In this document: positions 35,245-44,326 of the stretch, piece after piece
Numbering within the stretch: position 1 is the first letter of the stretch
Layout of the letters: each line of letters begins with the position of its first letter
Source of the DNA: Terriglobia bacterium
Lineage (GTDB): Bacteria > Acidobacteriota > Terriglobia > JAJPHL01
Direction: 5' to 3'
Length of the DNA stretch: 64,000 nucleotides
Assembly: GCA_021325275.1 (NCBI GenBank)
Contig: JAJPHL010000075.1
Span: forward strand, 16,310-80,309
The notes under the pieces: model-generated
Database searches by the model: none
Told to the model about the DNA's origin: nothing
The model's input: only the letters and a program-made list of their open reading frames with translations
Translations under genes and position numbers: made by a program

Positions 35245-36537
35245 ATGAACAAGACCAAGCTATGGCTTGTCGCGTTCCTGACGGTTTCATCCCTTCTGGC
35301 AGCGCAACCCAAGCCCCCACAAAAGATCGCATTGCGCTGCGGCGCGCTGATCGATACAAAATCATCGCGCACCATTCCCAACGCCGTGATCGTGCTGGAA
35401 GGCGACCGCATTGTCGCGGCGGGCGCGGGCGTCGCGGCGCCGGAGGGCGCGCGAACGGTCGATCTCAGCCGTAAAACGTGCTTGCCGGGACTTATCGACA
35501 ATCACACCCACGTGCTGTTGAACGGCGACATCACGGCCACCGATTACGACGAGCAATTACTGAAGGAATCGATTCCGCTGCGCGCGATTCGCGCCACGGC
35601 CAACGTGCGCACGGCGCTGATGAACGGCTTCACGACCATGCGCGACCTGGAAACCGAAGGCGCGATGTACGCCGACGTGGACATCAAGACCGCCATCGAG
35701 CACGGATACATTCCCGGTCCGCGGATGTTCGTGGCCACGCGCGCGCTCGCGCCCACGGGGATGTATCCGCTGTTGGGATATTCGTGGGAACTGAAAGTTC
35801 CCGAAGGCGTGCAGACGGTCGACGGCGCGGACAACATTCGCCGCGCGGTGCGCGAGCAAATCAAGTACGGCGCCGATTGGATCAAATACTATTCCGACCG
35901 CCGCTACTACGTGAACGACAAAGGTGCACTGCGCAGCATGGTGAATTTCACGCCGGAAGAAGCGAAGGCGATCGTCGATGAAGCGCATCGCTTGGGTCAC
36001 AAAGTGGCCGCGCACGCCATTGGACGCGACGGCATTCAAGCGGCGCTCGATGCGGGCGTCGACACCATCGAACACGGCGACGGTCTCGACGAAGAATTGA
36101 TCGACACGATGGTAAAGCGCGGCGTCTACTGGTGTCCCACGATTTACGTAGGCGTCTACGTGGCCGAAGGCCGCGCGGCGGCGGGCGCGCCGGTGTGGAA
36201 AACCATGATGGACCTCGAAGCGAAAGCGTTCGCGCTGGCCGTGAAAAAAGGTCTGAAGATTTCCTACGGCACCGACGCCGGCGGATTCGCTTGGTCGGAA
36301 GCGCAGGCACGCGACTTTACGTACATGGTGAAATACGGGCAAACGCCGATGCAGGCGATCCAGTCGGCGACCACGGTGGCGGCCGAGTTGCTGGGGATGC
36401 AAGACAAAATCGGCGCGGTGGAAGCGGGGAAGTTCGCGGACATCGTGGCCGTGGATAGCGATCCATTGCGCGACATCTCGGTGCTCGAGCACATGAAGTT
36501 CGTAATGAAGTCGGGCGTGATTTATCGCAACGAATAG
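35245..36537 (+). CDS. Secreted amidohydrolase-superfamily metallohydrolase
   Basis: 430 aa. Signal peptide MNKTKLWLVAFLTVSSLLAAQP. HTHV metal motif (GLIDNHTHVL), later HAIG and IEHGD, and a C-terminal DIVAVD...P motif. Confidence 0.85.
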   Translation: MNKTKLWLVAFLTVSSLLAAQPKPPQKIALRCGALIDTKSSRTIPNAVIVLEGDRIVAAGAGVAAPEGARTVDLSRKTCLPGLIDNHTHVLLNGDITATDYDEQLLKESIPLRAIRATANVRTALMNGFTTMRDLETEGAMYADVDIKTAIEHGYIPGPRMFVATRALAPTGMYPLLGYSWELKVPEGVQTVDGADNIRRAVREQIKYGADWIKYYSDRRYYVNDKGALRSMVNFTPEEAKAIVDEAHRLGHKVAAHAIGRDGIQAALDAGVDTIEHGDGLDEELIDTMVKRGVYWCPTIYVGVYVAEGRAAAGAPVWKTMMDLEAKAFALAVKKGLKISYGTDAGGFAWSEAQARDFTYMVKYGQTPMQAIQSATTVAAELLGMQDKIGAVEAGKFADIVAVDSDPLRDISVLEHMKFVMKSGVIYRNE

Positions 36538-36758
36538 ACAACGCGATCGGCAGAGCGCGAGGAACGCTTGCCGCCTGAGTTCATGATTCCCGCAAGGCGC
36601 AGCCTTGCGAAAGTATTGACGGACACTTCGGAAAGGCAAAGCCTTTCCGCACAAAGAAGCGGCGGAGCCGCAAAGCGCCGTCTCGTCAAACTGACCCACC
36701 ACTCGCCACAATCTTTGTTCTCGATGCCGGCGGCGAACGCTACAATGGACCCTTCTTC

Positions 36759-38081
36759 ATGAAGAACATTTTCCTGATCATCTTTGCCGTCGCCGCGACC
36801 GCCGCGGCGATCGCAGCCGTCGCCGTCGCGCCCGTTGCCGTGGGCGAAGTGGCGCGATGGCTGGCCATCGCCGCGCTCACCGGATTCGCGGTTCAGCGCC
36901 GGTCGCTGACGCCGTGGATCGCCGTGGCCATGCTGGCCGGCGCGGAGGTGGGCCACGACTTTCCAGGATCCGCGGAAAGCCTGCGCACACTCAGCCAAAT
37001 ATTCCTGCGTCTGATCAAAACGGTGATCGGCCCGCTGGTGTTCGCCACGCTGGTGGTCGGCATCGCCGGGCACGCCAGTTTGAAACAAGTGGGACGCATG
37101 GGCATCAAGGCGATCGTCTACTTCGAAGCGGTCACGACGATCGCGCTGTTCATCGGACTCGCCGCGATCAACATCAGCAAGGCGGGCGTGGGCGTGAAGG
37201 CGCCGGCATCGACGGAGCAATTGACGGCGGTGAAGAAGACGCCGTCGGAAATCATCCTGCACGCGTTTCCGGAAAACATCGCGAAATCGGTGGCGGACAA
37301 CGAAGTGTTGCAGATTGTCGTGTTCAGCGTTATTTTCGCGATCGGCTTGGGGATGCTCAGCGAAGAGAAGCGCGCTCCGATGCTGAAGTTTTGCGAAAGC
37401 CTTTCGGAAGTGATGTTCAAGTTCACCAACATCGTGATGCTCACCGCGCCGGTCGGCGTCTTCGGCGCGATCGCCTACACCGTCGGCAAGATGGGTTTGG
37501 GCGTGCTCACGAATTTGTTCCAACTCCTCGCGACGCTTTACGTGGCTTTGCTGATATTCCTCGGCTGCGTGCTCTGGCCGATCGCGAAATTCTCCGGCGT
37601 GCCGCTCCGCAAATTTCTGGCGGCGATCGCCGAGCCGGTGACGATCGCCTTCGGCACGGCGAGTTCCGAGGCCGCGCTGCCGCTGGCGATGGAGAATCTC
37701 GAAGCGATGGGCGTTCCGCGCGAAGTAGTCGCGTTTGTGATGCCGACCGGCTACAGTTTTAATCTCGATGGAACGTCATTGTATTTGTCGCTGGCGTCAG
37801 TCTTCGTCGCACAGGCCGCCGGCATTCACATGACGTTCGGCGAGCAGTTGCTGATGTGCGTTACGCTGATGCTGACGAGCAAAGGCGTGGCCGGTGTCGC
37901 GCGCGCGGCGCTGGTGATTCTGCTGGGCACCGCGGCGTCATTCCATCTGCCGGTCGAGCCGATTTTCCTGATCCTCGGCATCGACCAGTTGATGGACATG
38001 GCGCGCACGTCGGTGAACGTGATCGGAAATTGCTTGGCGACGGTGGTGATTGCGCGGTGGGAAGGGCATCGCGTGGAATAA
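36759..38081 (+). CDS. Dicarboxylate/amino acid:cation symporter (DAACS; GltP/DctA family)
   Basis: 440 aa. Polytopic, with signature segments FGTASSEAALP, PTGYSFNLDG and DMARTSVNVIGN. TACAAT at 36741-36746 is only 12 nt from the ATG and there is no SD. Confidence 0.9.
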   Translation: MKNIFLIIFAVAATAAAIAAVAVAPVAVGEVARWLAIAALTGFAVQRRSLTPWIAVAMLAGAEVGHDFPGSAESLRTLSQIFLRLIKTVIGPLVFATLVVGIAGHASLKQVGRMGIKAIVYFEAVTTIALFIGLAAINISKAGVGVKAPASTEQLTAVKKTPSEIILHAFPENIAKSVADNEVLQIVVFSVIFAIGLGMLSEEKRAPMLKFCESLSEVMFKFTNIVMLTAPVGVFGAIAYTVGKMGLGVLTNLFQLLATLYVALLIFLGCVLWPIAKFSGVPLRKFLAAIAEPVTIAFGTASSEAALPLAMENLEAMGVPREVVAFVMPTGYSFNLDGTSLYLSLASVFVAQAAGIHMTFGEQLLMCVTLMLTSKGVAGVARAALVILLGTAASFHLPVEPIFLILGIDQLMDMARTSVNVIGNCLATVVIARWEGHRVE

Positions 38082-38165
38082 AGCGCGGCCTTCCGAGGTT
38101 ATAATGGACGAAGTGCATCTCGCGCGGCGCAACATGCAGGCCGCGACCGTGTTTGAGGAGGTATC

Positions 38166-39440
38166 ATGCGCGGAAAATTCGTCGCCATGCTTTTCGCCGC
38201 TCTGGCGGTTGCGGTGCTGGCCGTTCCCGCGAGCGTGTCCGCCGCATTTTTGAATTTCAAAGGTGACGCCATTGCAATCGCCACGGACAAACTGGCGCTC
38301 GAAACCGCGGACGGCAGCATCCTCACGCTACGCACCAGCACCACAAGCCGTTTTCTCGAAAAAGGCAAGCCCATCAAGCTAGGTCAATTGCGCGAAGGCG
38401 ATCACCTCGACGTCGACGTGGTGCAGGACCCTAAGGGCGGGTTTGTGATTGTGGAAGCGAGGCTCACCACGCGCACTACGGTGGACGATGGCGCACCGCC
38501 GAGACTCTCGCGCCGTCCAGCGGGATCGCCGGCGCCGGCCGCGTCCAGTTCCACCGCGCCGCGCGCGGAAGTGCCTCTCCGCGAATCGGGCACAATGCCG
38601 CCCAGCGCTGCGCCCGCGTCGCCGGCTGCTGCGCCTGAGCGCTCAAGAACGTCCGACGAAGGAATCCCGCGCACACTCTCGATTCCCGATCGCACCGGCA
38701 TGGCTGATCCCGGCGGAGAAGCGCACCGCACGAATCTTGATCCGAAGTCCGAACTGGTTGAACGCGCGCGCTATCGCGCCGCGGAGTTTTCGGAGAAATT
38801 GCCGAACTACGTGTGCACGCAGCTCACCACGCGCTACATCAGTCAAGCGCGGCCGGTGAATTGGCAGGCGCAGGACACTGTTTCGGCGACCGTCATCTAC
38901 GAAGACGGCAAAGAGCAATACAAGAACATTGCCATCAACGGCCGGCTGGCCGAAAAACAGAAGATGGATCAAATCGGCGGTAATACGTCGAGCGGCGAGT
39001 TCGGCACGATCTTGCTGAACCTCTTCCATCCGTCGACGGACGCGAATTTCCGATGGGTCCGCGAAGCCGTGACTTCGCGCATGACCACGGCGGTCTACGA
39101 TTTTTCGGTGACCCAGCCGCATTCCGCCTGGGAAATCTCGATGAACGCGTCGAAGGTGTTGCCCGCCTATACCGGCACGGTGTGGATCGATACCAATACC
39201 GCGCGCGTGATGCGCATCGAAATGGAAGCGCATCCGGTGGACTTCCCCATCGACATGATTCAAACCGCCGTCGACTACGACTTCGTAAACTTGGGGACGG
39301 AGCGCTACTTGCTCCCGACGCGCTCCGAGTCGATCAGTTGCGAGCGCGGCAGCATTATCTGCTCGCGCAACGTCATCGATTTCCGGAATTATCACAAGTA
39401 CACGGGCGAATCGAAGATCATATTTGAGAATCCACAGTAG
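38166..39440 (+). CDS. Secreted hypothetical protein: small beta N-domain, P/A/S-rich linker, ~240-aa C-domain of unknown function
   Basis: 424 aa. Strong SD GAGGAGG. Signal peptide MRGKFVAMLFAALAVAVLAVPASVSA. Low-complexity region PPRLSRRPAGSPAPAASSSTAPRAEVP...PASPAAAPERS. C-terminal ...NYHKYTGESKIIFENPQ. Confidence 0.75.
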   Translation: MRGKFVAMLFAALAVAVLAVPASVSAAFLNFKGDAIAIATDKLALETADGSILTLRTSTTSRFLEKGKPIKLGQLREGDHLDVDVVQDPKGGFVIVEARLTTRTTVDDGAPPRLSRRPAGSPAPAASSSTAPRAEVPLRESGTMPPSAAPASPAAAPERSRTSDEGIPRTLSIPDRTGMADPGGEAHRTNLDPKSELVERARYRAAEFSEKLPNYVCTQLTTRYISQARPVNWQAQDTVSATVIYEDGKEQYKNIAINGRLAEKQKMDQIGGNTSSGEFGTILLNLFHPSTDANFRWVREAVTSRMTTAVYDFSVTQPHSAWEISMNASKVLPAYTGTVWIDTNTARVMRIEMEAHPVDFPIDMIQTAVDYDFVNLGTERYLLPTRSESISCERGSIICSRNVIDFRNYHKYTGESKIIFENPQ

Positions 39441-39444
39441 TAGA

Positions 39445-42159
39445 ATGGGCCGAATGCGCCGACTTGTCCCGGTTCTTGTCCTCCTGTGCGCGGTAGGTGT
39501 GTCCGCGCAAACTCTCGAACGCCTGCAGTCGCAATTCGAAAAACCTCCCGACGACGCGCGCATCATGATGCGCTGGTGGTGGTTCGGGCCGGCGATGGAG
39601 AATCGCGAACTCGAGCGCGAGATGCGCGTGATGAAAGACGCAGGCATCGGCGGATTCGAAGTGCAGGCCACGTATCCGCTCGTGCTCGACGGCGCGGATG
39701 TGAAGAACTTTGGGTTCCTGTCGCCCGAACATCTCAACTCGCTGCACTTCGCGGCGGACACCGCGAAATCGCTGGGACTCCGCATGGACCTGACGCTCGG
39801 CAGCGGATGGCCGTACGGTGGTCCGCACATTTCGCCGAGTCTGGCGTCAGGGAAACTACGCGTGGATCGCGTGAAGGCGGCAGCCAACGCGTCGAGCGTC
39901 GCTGTGCCGAAAATCGCCGCCGATGCGGAATCGCTGATCGCTGTGTTCGATGCGGATGGCAAGGAAATCCCGGCGGCCGCAATATCCGCCGGCATTCTGC
40001 GCGTACCCGCGTCGGCGACGGAACGCGAAAACACGTTCTTCATTGCCAGCCGTACCCGCCAACAAGTGAAGAGGCCGGCCGTGGGCGCCGAAGGTCCCGT
40101 GCTCGATCACTACAGCCGCGCGGCGCTCGACCGTCACCTGAGTTCGGTCGGCGACAAGATGCTCGCGGCGATTGGTCTCAACGCGCCATACGCGATCTTT
40201 TGCGACAGCTTGGAAGTTTACGGCGCCGATTGGACCAGCGATATTCCCGCGGAGTTTCAGAAGCGCCGCGGCTACGACATTCGTCCGTATCTCCCGAAAC
40301 TCGCGACTGCGGGCGGGGGATTGTCGGTCGCCGACGATGTGCTGGCGGTGCGCGACGATTGGGGACAAACGCTTACCGAATTGCTCGACGATCACTTCTT
40401 CGCGCCCTTGCGCCAATGGGCCGCCGCGCATCACACTAAGCTGCGCGCCCAGGCGTACGGCACGCCGCCCGCGGCGATTTCTACTGGCGCGCAACTCGAT
40501 TTGCCGGAGGGCGAAGGCGTGCAGTGGAAAACGCTCTCGCAACTTCGCTACGCTACGTCGATGGCGCACGTTTTCGGCCACAACGTGGCGTCGTCGGAAA
40601 CGTGGACGTGGCTGCACTCGCCGGTTTTTCGCGCCACGCCGCTGGACATGAAGGCGGAAGCGGATCTGCACTTCTTGCAGGGCGTGAATCAACTGGTCGG
40701 TCACGGATGGCCCTACACGCCGCCGTCGATCGAATATCCCGGATGGCGATTTTACGCGTCCGCGGCATTCGGTGAAAAAAACCCTTGGTGGATCGCGATG
40801 CCGGACATCGCGGCGTACTGCCAGCGCGTGAGTTTCATGCTGCGCCAGGGGCGTCCGGTGAACGATGTAGCGATCTACGTGCCGAATCACGACGCATGGT
40901 CGCGATTCTCGCTCGGCCGCGTGGACTTGCGCGCGACGGCCGCGGAACTGATTGGTCCCGACGTCGTGCGCACGGTGCTCGAGACCGGCTACAATCCCGA
41001 TTTCGTCGACGACGGCGTTGTGCAATCCGCGAAGCTCGAAGGACACGAACTGCGCGCGGGTAACGGAGTCTATAGCGTAATCGTGCTGCCGGGCGTGGAG
41101 CGGATTCCCACGGCCACGATTCGCAAGCTCGAGGAATTCACGCGCGCTGGCGGCACGGTGATCTTCACGCGGCGCACGCCGGACAAGGCGCCGGGCTTGA
41201 AAGCGACTTCGGGGGATCACGAAACCGTTCAGACCATAGTTAAGAAGATGCGCGCGGCGGGGCTTCCATCGCTCATGGCGGACGACGAACGCGACGGATT
41301 GGCCGACGCGTTGATGCATCGTGCTCTCCGCGACGCCTTCTTTGCTCCGGATCTCTCGGATATAGGATTTGTGCACCGCCATTTGGAATCGGCGGGAAGC
41401 GCCACGGAGATCTACTTCGTCGCCAACACGGGTAATCGCATGCGTGCGTTCCCCATGGAGTTTCGCGGAACCGGCACGCCGGCGCAAATCTGGAATCCGT
41501 TGACGGGGCGCGTCGAGGCGGCGCGCGTGGAGCCCGGCGATAACGGAATGCGCAGCGTGGTGATGAATCTGGAGCCGTACGGGTCGCGTTTCGTGATTTT
41601 TTCAAAGCAGATTGTCGCGCGCCCTGATGCTGTGGTCGCGGCGGTTCCTTCGCCGGTCACTCTTTCCGGCGACTGGAGCGTTCGATTCGAAGACGCGGCC
41701 GAACCGAATCGTTCGCCTTCGCCGGAAACTTTCGCGACACTTCACTCACTCACCGACGATTCGGCGACGCGCAACTTCTCGGGCGTGGCCATCTACGAAA
41801 AAACGCTGAACATTTCCGGCGAGTGGCTGAAACCCGGCGTCGCCCCCACGCTGACGCTCGGCGAAGGACGCGCCGCCGCGCGCACGCCGGGGATGGGATA
41901 TCAAGCGCAATACGAAGGTCCGGTTCGCGAAGCGGCGGTGGTGTTCGTAAACGGCAAACGCGCGGGATCGGCATGGTGTCCGCCGTACGAAGTCGATCTC
42001 ACCGGGTTGCTTCACGCCGGCGAAAACAAACTGGAGATTCGAGTGGGAAATCTTGCCGTGAACTTCATGGCCGGGCAAAAACGCCCCGACTATTCGGCGC
42101 TGAATCAACGCTACGGCGAACGCTTCAGGCTCAGGACATCGACAAGATCCAGCCGGTAA
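39445..42159 (+). CDS. Large secreted glycoside hydrolase, GH106 (alpha-L-rhamnosidase)-like, with a C-terminal galactose-binding-like domain; the 3' end appears frameshifted
   Basis: Start at ATG 39445 (MGRMRRLVPVLVLLCAVGVSAQ). N-terminal FEKPPDDARIMMRWWWFGPAMENRELEREMRVMKDAGIGGFEVQ is typical of this family. The last 12 codons look non-native; the -1 frame continues QAQDIDKIQPVTAGLLGPVQLV to 42215. Confidence 0.8.
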   Translation: MGRMRRLVPVLVLLCAVGVSAQTLERLQSQFEKPPDDARIMMRWWWFGPAMENRELEREMRVMKDAGIGGFEVQATYPLVLDGADVKNFGFLSPEHLNSLHFAADTAKSLGLRMDLTLGSGWPYGGPHISPSLASGKLRVDRVKAAANASSVAVPKIAADAESLIAVFDADGKEIPAAAISAGILRVPASATERENTFFIASRTRQQVKRPAVGAEGPVLDHYSRAALDRHLSSVGDKMLAAIGLNAPYAIFCDSLEVYGADWTSDIPAEFQKRRGYDIRPYLPKLATAGGGLSVADDVLAVRDDWGQTLTELLDDHFFAPLRQWAAAHHTKLRAQAYGTPPAAISTGAQLDLPEGEGVQWKTLSQLRYATSMAHVFGHNVASSETWTWLHSPVFRATPLDMKAEADLHFLQGVNQLVGHGWPYTPPSIEYPGWRFYASAAFGEKNPWWIAMPDIAAYCQRVSFMLRQGRPVNDVAIYVPNHDAWSRFSLGRVDLRATAAELIGPDVVRTVLETGYNPDFVDDGVVQSAKLEGHELRAGNGVYSVIVLPGVERIPTATIRKLEEFTRAGGTVIFTRRTPDKAPGLKATSGDHETVQTIVKKMRAAGLPSLMADDERDGLADALMHRALRDAFFAPDLSDIGFVHRHLESAGSATEIYFVANTGNRMRAFPMEFRGTGTPAQIWNPLTGRVEAARVEPGDNGMRSVVMNLEPYGSRFVIFSKQIVARPDAVVAAVPSPVTLSGDWSVRFEDAAEPNRSPSPETFATLHSLTDDSATRNFSGVAIYEKTLNISGEWLKPGVAPTLTLGEGRAAARTPGMGYQAQYEGPVREAAVVFVNGKRAGSAWCPPYEVDLTGLLHAGENKLEIRVGNLAVNFMAGQKRPDYSALNQRYGERFRLRTSTRSSR

Positions 42160-42267
42160 CGGCGGGCCTGCTGGGACCGGTGCAACTTGTAGTGCGCCGC
42201 GCCGCGGCCCGTTAACCGCGCCGCGGCCAGTTAACAAAGCCGCACGGTGCGCGTCATAATAGTAAGC

Positions 42268-43188
42268 ATGCGTGTCTTTTTCCTCGCCGTGTGTTCTGTT
42301 GCGCTGGCGTCGGCGCAGCCCGCGATCAACGTGAGTCAAGTCACGCACAACGGGAAGTCGGGCGATGGCGCGGCGCTCTCTCGCGACGGTAAATGGCTGG
42401 CCTACGTGCGCGACGACGGCGACGCCAAACACTCGTTGTGGCTTCACGAAGTAGCCGTCGGCCAGGACCGCAAGATCGCCGACAAGTTGTGGCTGGAACG
42501 CCCGGTTTTCTCACCCGACGCAAAATCCATATGGGCCTTGGTGCAAATGCGCCCCGGGTTTTACAACTTGAATCATTGGAGCGTCGCGGACGGTGTGGCG
42601 AAGGTCGCGGCGCAAGACGTGGACACCGCCATTACGTTTTCGCCGGACGGCAAGACCGTGGCTTTCATCCGTTGGGCGCAGGACGCGCCGTCGCGCTTGC
42701 TACTGCTACCGGCCGCCGGCGGCAATGCGCGCGAGTTGCTCACGTTCAAGCGACGCCCCGGAGCCGTCGCGTGGTCGCCGGACGGCAAGGAGATCGCCGT
42801 GCCGGTGCGCGAGGACGATTTGAGCCGCATCCGTTTTATCTCGGTGGCGAAAGGAACGACGCGCGAGATCCGCACGCCCGGCGTGGTCGACGCATTGGTG
42901 TGGACCGGCATGGCGTTATTCGCCACCATGCACAAAGCGGACGGTCCCGGTCCGTCGCAAGTGTGGATGTGCGCGATGCCCGCGGGCGCGTGGAAGCAGG
43001 TCACCAACGACGACGGCGGCTACCAGAGGCGAGTGCTCAGCGCATCGGCGGACGGATCGCTTCTGGCAGCGGCGCGTCTGGTGAAATTCCAGACGGGTCT
43101 CGAAGATTTGGCTGCGTGGTTTGGAAATAAGGACGGCGGGCCGCGAACGAATCCCGACGTTGTATTGATTCGACCAGGGAAGAATTAA
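42268..43188 (+). CDS. Secreted WD40-like (PD40/TolB-type) beta-propeller repeat protein
   Basis: ATG 42268 gives signal peptide MRVFFLAVCSVALASAQP. Repeated (F/W)SPDGK motifs: LSRDGKWLAY, FSPDAKSIW, FSPDGKTVAF, WSPDGKEIAV. CATAAT at 42255-42260 is 7 nt upstream of the ATG. Confidence 0.82.
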   Translation: MRVFFLAVCSVALASAQPAINVSQVTHNGKSGDGAALSRDGKWLAYVRDDGDAKHSLWLHEVAVGQDRKIADKLWLERPVFSPDAKSIWALVQMRPGFYNLNHWSVADGVAKVAAQDVDTAITFSPDGKTVAFIRWAQDAPSRLLLLPAAGGNARELLTFKRRPGAVAWSPDGKEIAVPVREDDLSRIRFISVAKGTTREIRTPGVVDALVWTGMALFATMHKADGPGPSQVWMCAMPAGAWKQVTNDDGGYQRRVLSASADGSLLAAARLVKFQTGLEDLAAWFGNKDGGPRTNPDVVLIRPGKN

Positions 43189-44198
43189 GCGCCGTTGCGC
43201 AAACTCGATTGCCGCGCCACCAGCTTCGGTTCCATGAACAAATACACCGGGGCCAGCGGCTTATCCGCCAAAATGCATTGCGCCAGCATCTCCGCGGCTT
43301 TCTCTCCCGTGAGCAGACTGCTTTGATCCACTGTGGTGAGCGGCACGCGCAATTGATCGGAGTAGTGAACGTTGCCCGCTCCCACCACCGCGACGTCGTC
43401 AGGCACGCGCAGCCCCGCTTCCAAAATCGCTTGGATCGCGCCCGCCGCCACCGGGTCGTTAAAGCAAAAGACACCGTCGGGGCGTTTCTTCAACTGCAAC
43501 AGTTGCTGCATCGCCACATAGCCGCGCTCATCGCCGTGATCGCCGCGCACGATGTACTCGGCCGGACTCGCCAGGCCCGCCTTGTGAAGCGCGTTGCGAT
43601 AGCCTTGTAATCGCAAATTTCCGGTGGAAATCGCTGGTCCTCGGATGTGCGCAATCCGCCGGCAGCCTCGTTCGATCAAGTGACTGGTAGCCAGTTCGCC
43701 GATCGCTTCATTCTTCACGCCGACGAAATGCGCGTCCACGCCCGGAGGTACGCGATCGATCAGAACGTAAGGCACTTTCCGCGCGCGCATGCTTTGAAAC
43801 AACTCGCTGCGTCCGCTGGTTTGCGCCGACGCGATGATCAAGCCGTCCACGGCGCGGGCCAAGAGAAGTTGAATCTGTTCTTCCTCGCGCTCGGCGTTTT
43901 CCTCGGAATTCGAAATTACGATCTGATAGCCGAGCGGCTGAAATTTCTGGGTGACTCCCTTGGCGACTTCCGCGAAAAACGAATGCATCATGTCGGGAAT
44001 CACCAGTCCCACCATGTGGGTGCGCCGCGTGACCAGACTTCGCGCGATCCAATTCGGCTGATAGCCGAGTTTGCGGGCGCGCGCCAGCACGCGTTCGCGA
44101 GTTTGTTCGCTGATGTCGGTATGATTCCGCAGGGCCTTCGATACGGTCATCACCGAGACGCCCAGATCGTGGGCGATGTCCTTCATGCGTACGGTCAA
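43185..44198 (-). CDS. LacI-family transcriptional regulator
   Basis: Preferred start TTG 44198 (7 nt after AAGGAG), giving (M)TVRMKDIAHDLGVSVMTVSKALRNHTDISEQTRERV, an HTH. Periplasmic-binding-like core. Divergent from the fucosidase gene. Confidence 0.9.
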   Translation of the reverse strand: MTVRMKDIAHDLGVSVMTVSKALRNHTDISEQTRERVLARARKLGYQPNWIARSLVTRRTHMVGLVIPDMMHSFFAEVAKGVTQKFQPLGYQIVISNSEENAEREEEQIQLLLARAVDGLIIASAQTSGRSELFQSMRARKVPYVLIDRVPPGVDAHFVGVKNEAIGELATSHLIERGCRRIAHIRGPAISTGNLRLQGYRNALHKAGLASPAEYIVRGDHGDERGYVAMQQLLQLKKRPDGVFCFNDPVAAGAIQAILEAGLRVPDDVAVVGAGNVHYSDQLRVPLTTVDQSSLLTGEKAAEMLAQCILADKPLAPVYLFMEPKLVARQSSLRNGA

Positions 44199-44212
44199 GG
44201 GGGATCTCCTTC

Positions 44213-44226
44213 CGGTAAAGTTACCG
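44213..44226. promoter_or_regulatory. Candidate LacI-family operator (14-bp palindrome)
   Basis: CGGTAAAGTTACCG: 6-bp perfect arms CGGTAA/TTACCG around a central AG. It lies in the lacI-fucosidase divergent region, just upstream of the lacI SD. Confidence 0.35.
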
Positions 44227-44268
44227 CTAAAGACGCCTGCTGTCAACGGAAAAAGTACGCGCGGAGAT

Positions 44269-44298
44269 TTGCGTTGCGGCGCGTGAAATGGATACAAT
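44269..44298 (+). promoter_or_regulatory. Candidate sigma70-type promoter for the fucosidase gene
   Basis: TTGCGT (44269-44274), 18-nt spacer, TACAAT (44293-44298). SD GGAGG at 44315-44319, ATG at 44327. Confidence 0.35.
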
Positions 44299-44326
44299 GG
44301 GCGTCAGCTACCATGGAGGCGAATGA

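Noticed and set aside
42196-42240. Two GTTAAC palindromes and a GC-rich GCCGCGG/CCGCGGC hairpin after the rhamnosidase-like gene, considered as a second LacI operator or a terminator.
   Set aside because: The half-sites do not match the 44213-44226 palindrome, there is no T-tract after the stem, and the first GTTAAC is part of the probable ancestral stop region. The evidence is too weak.
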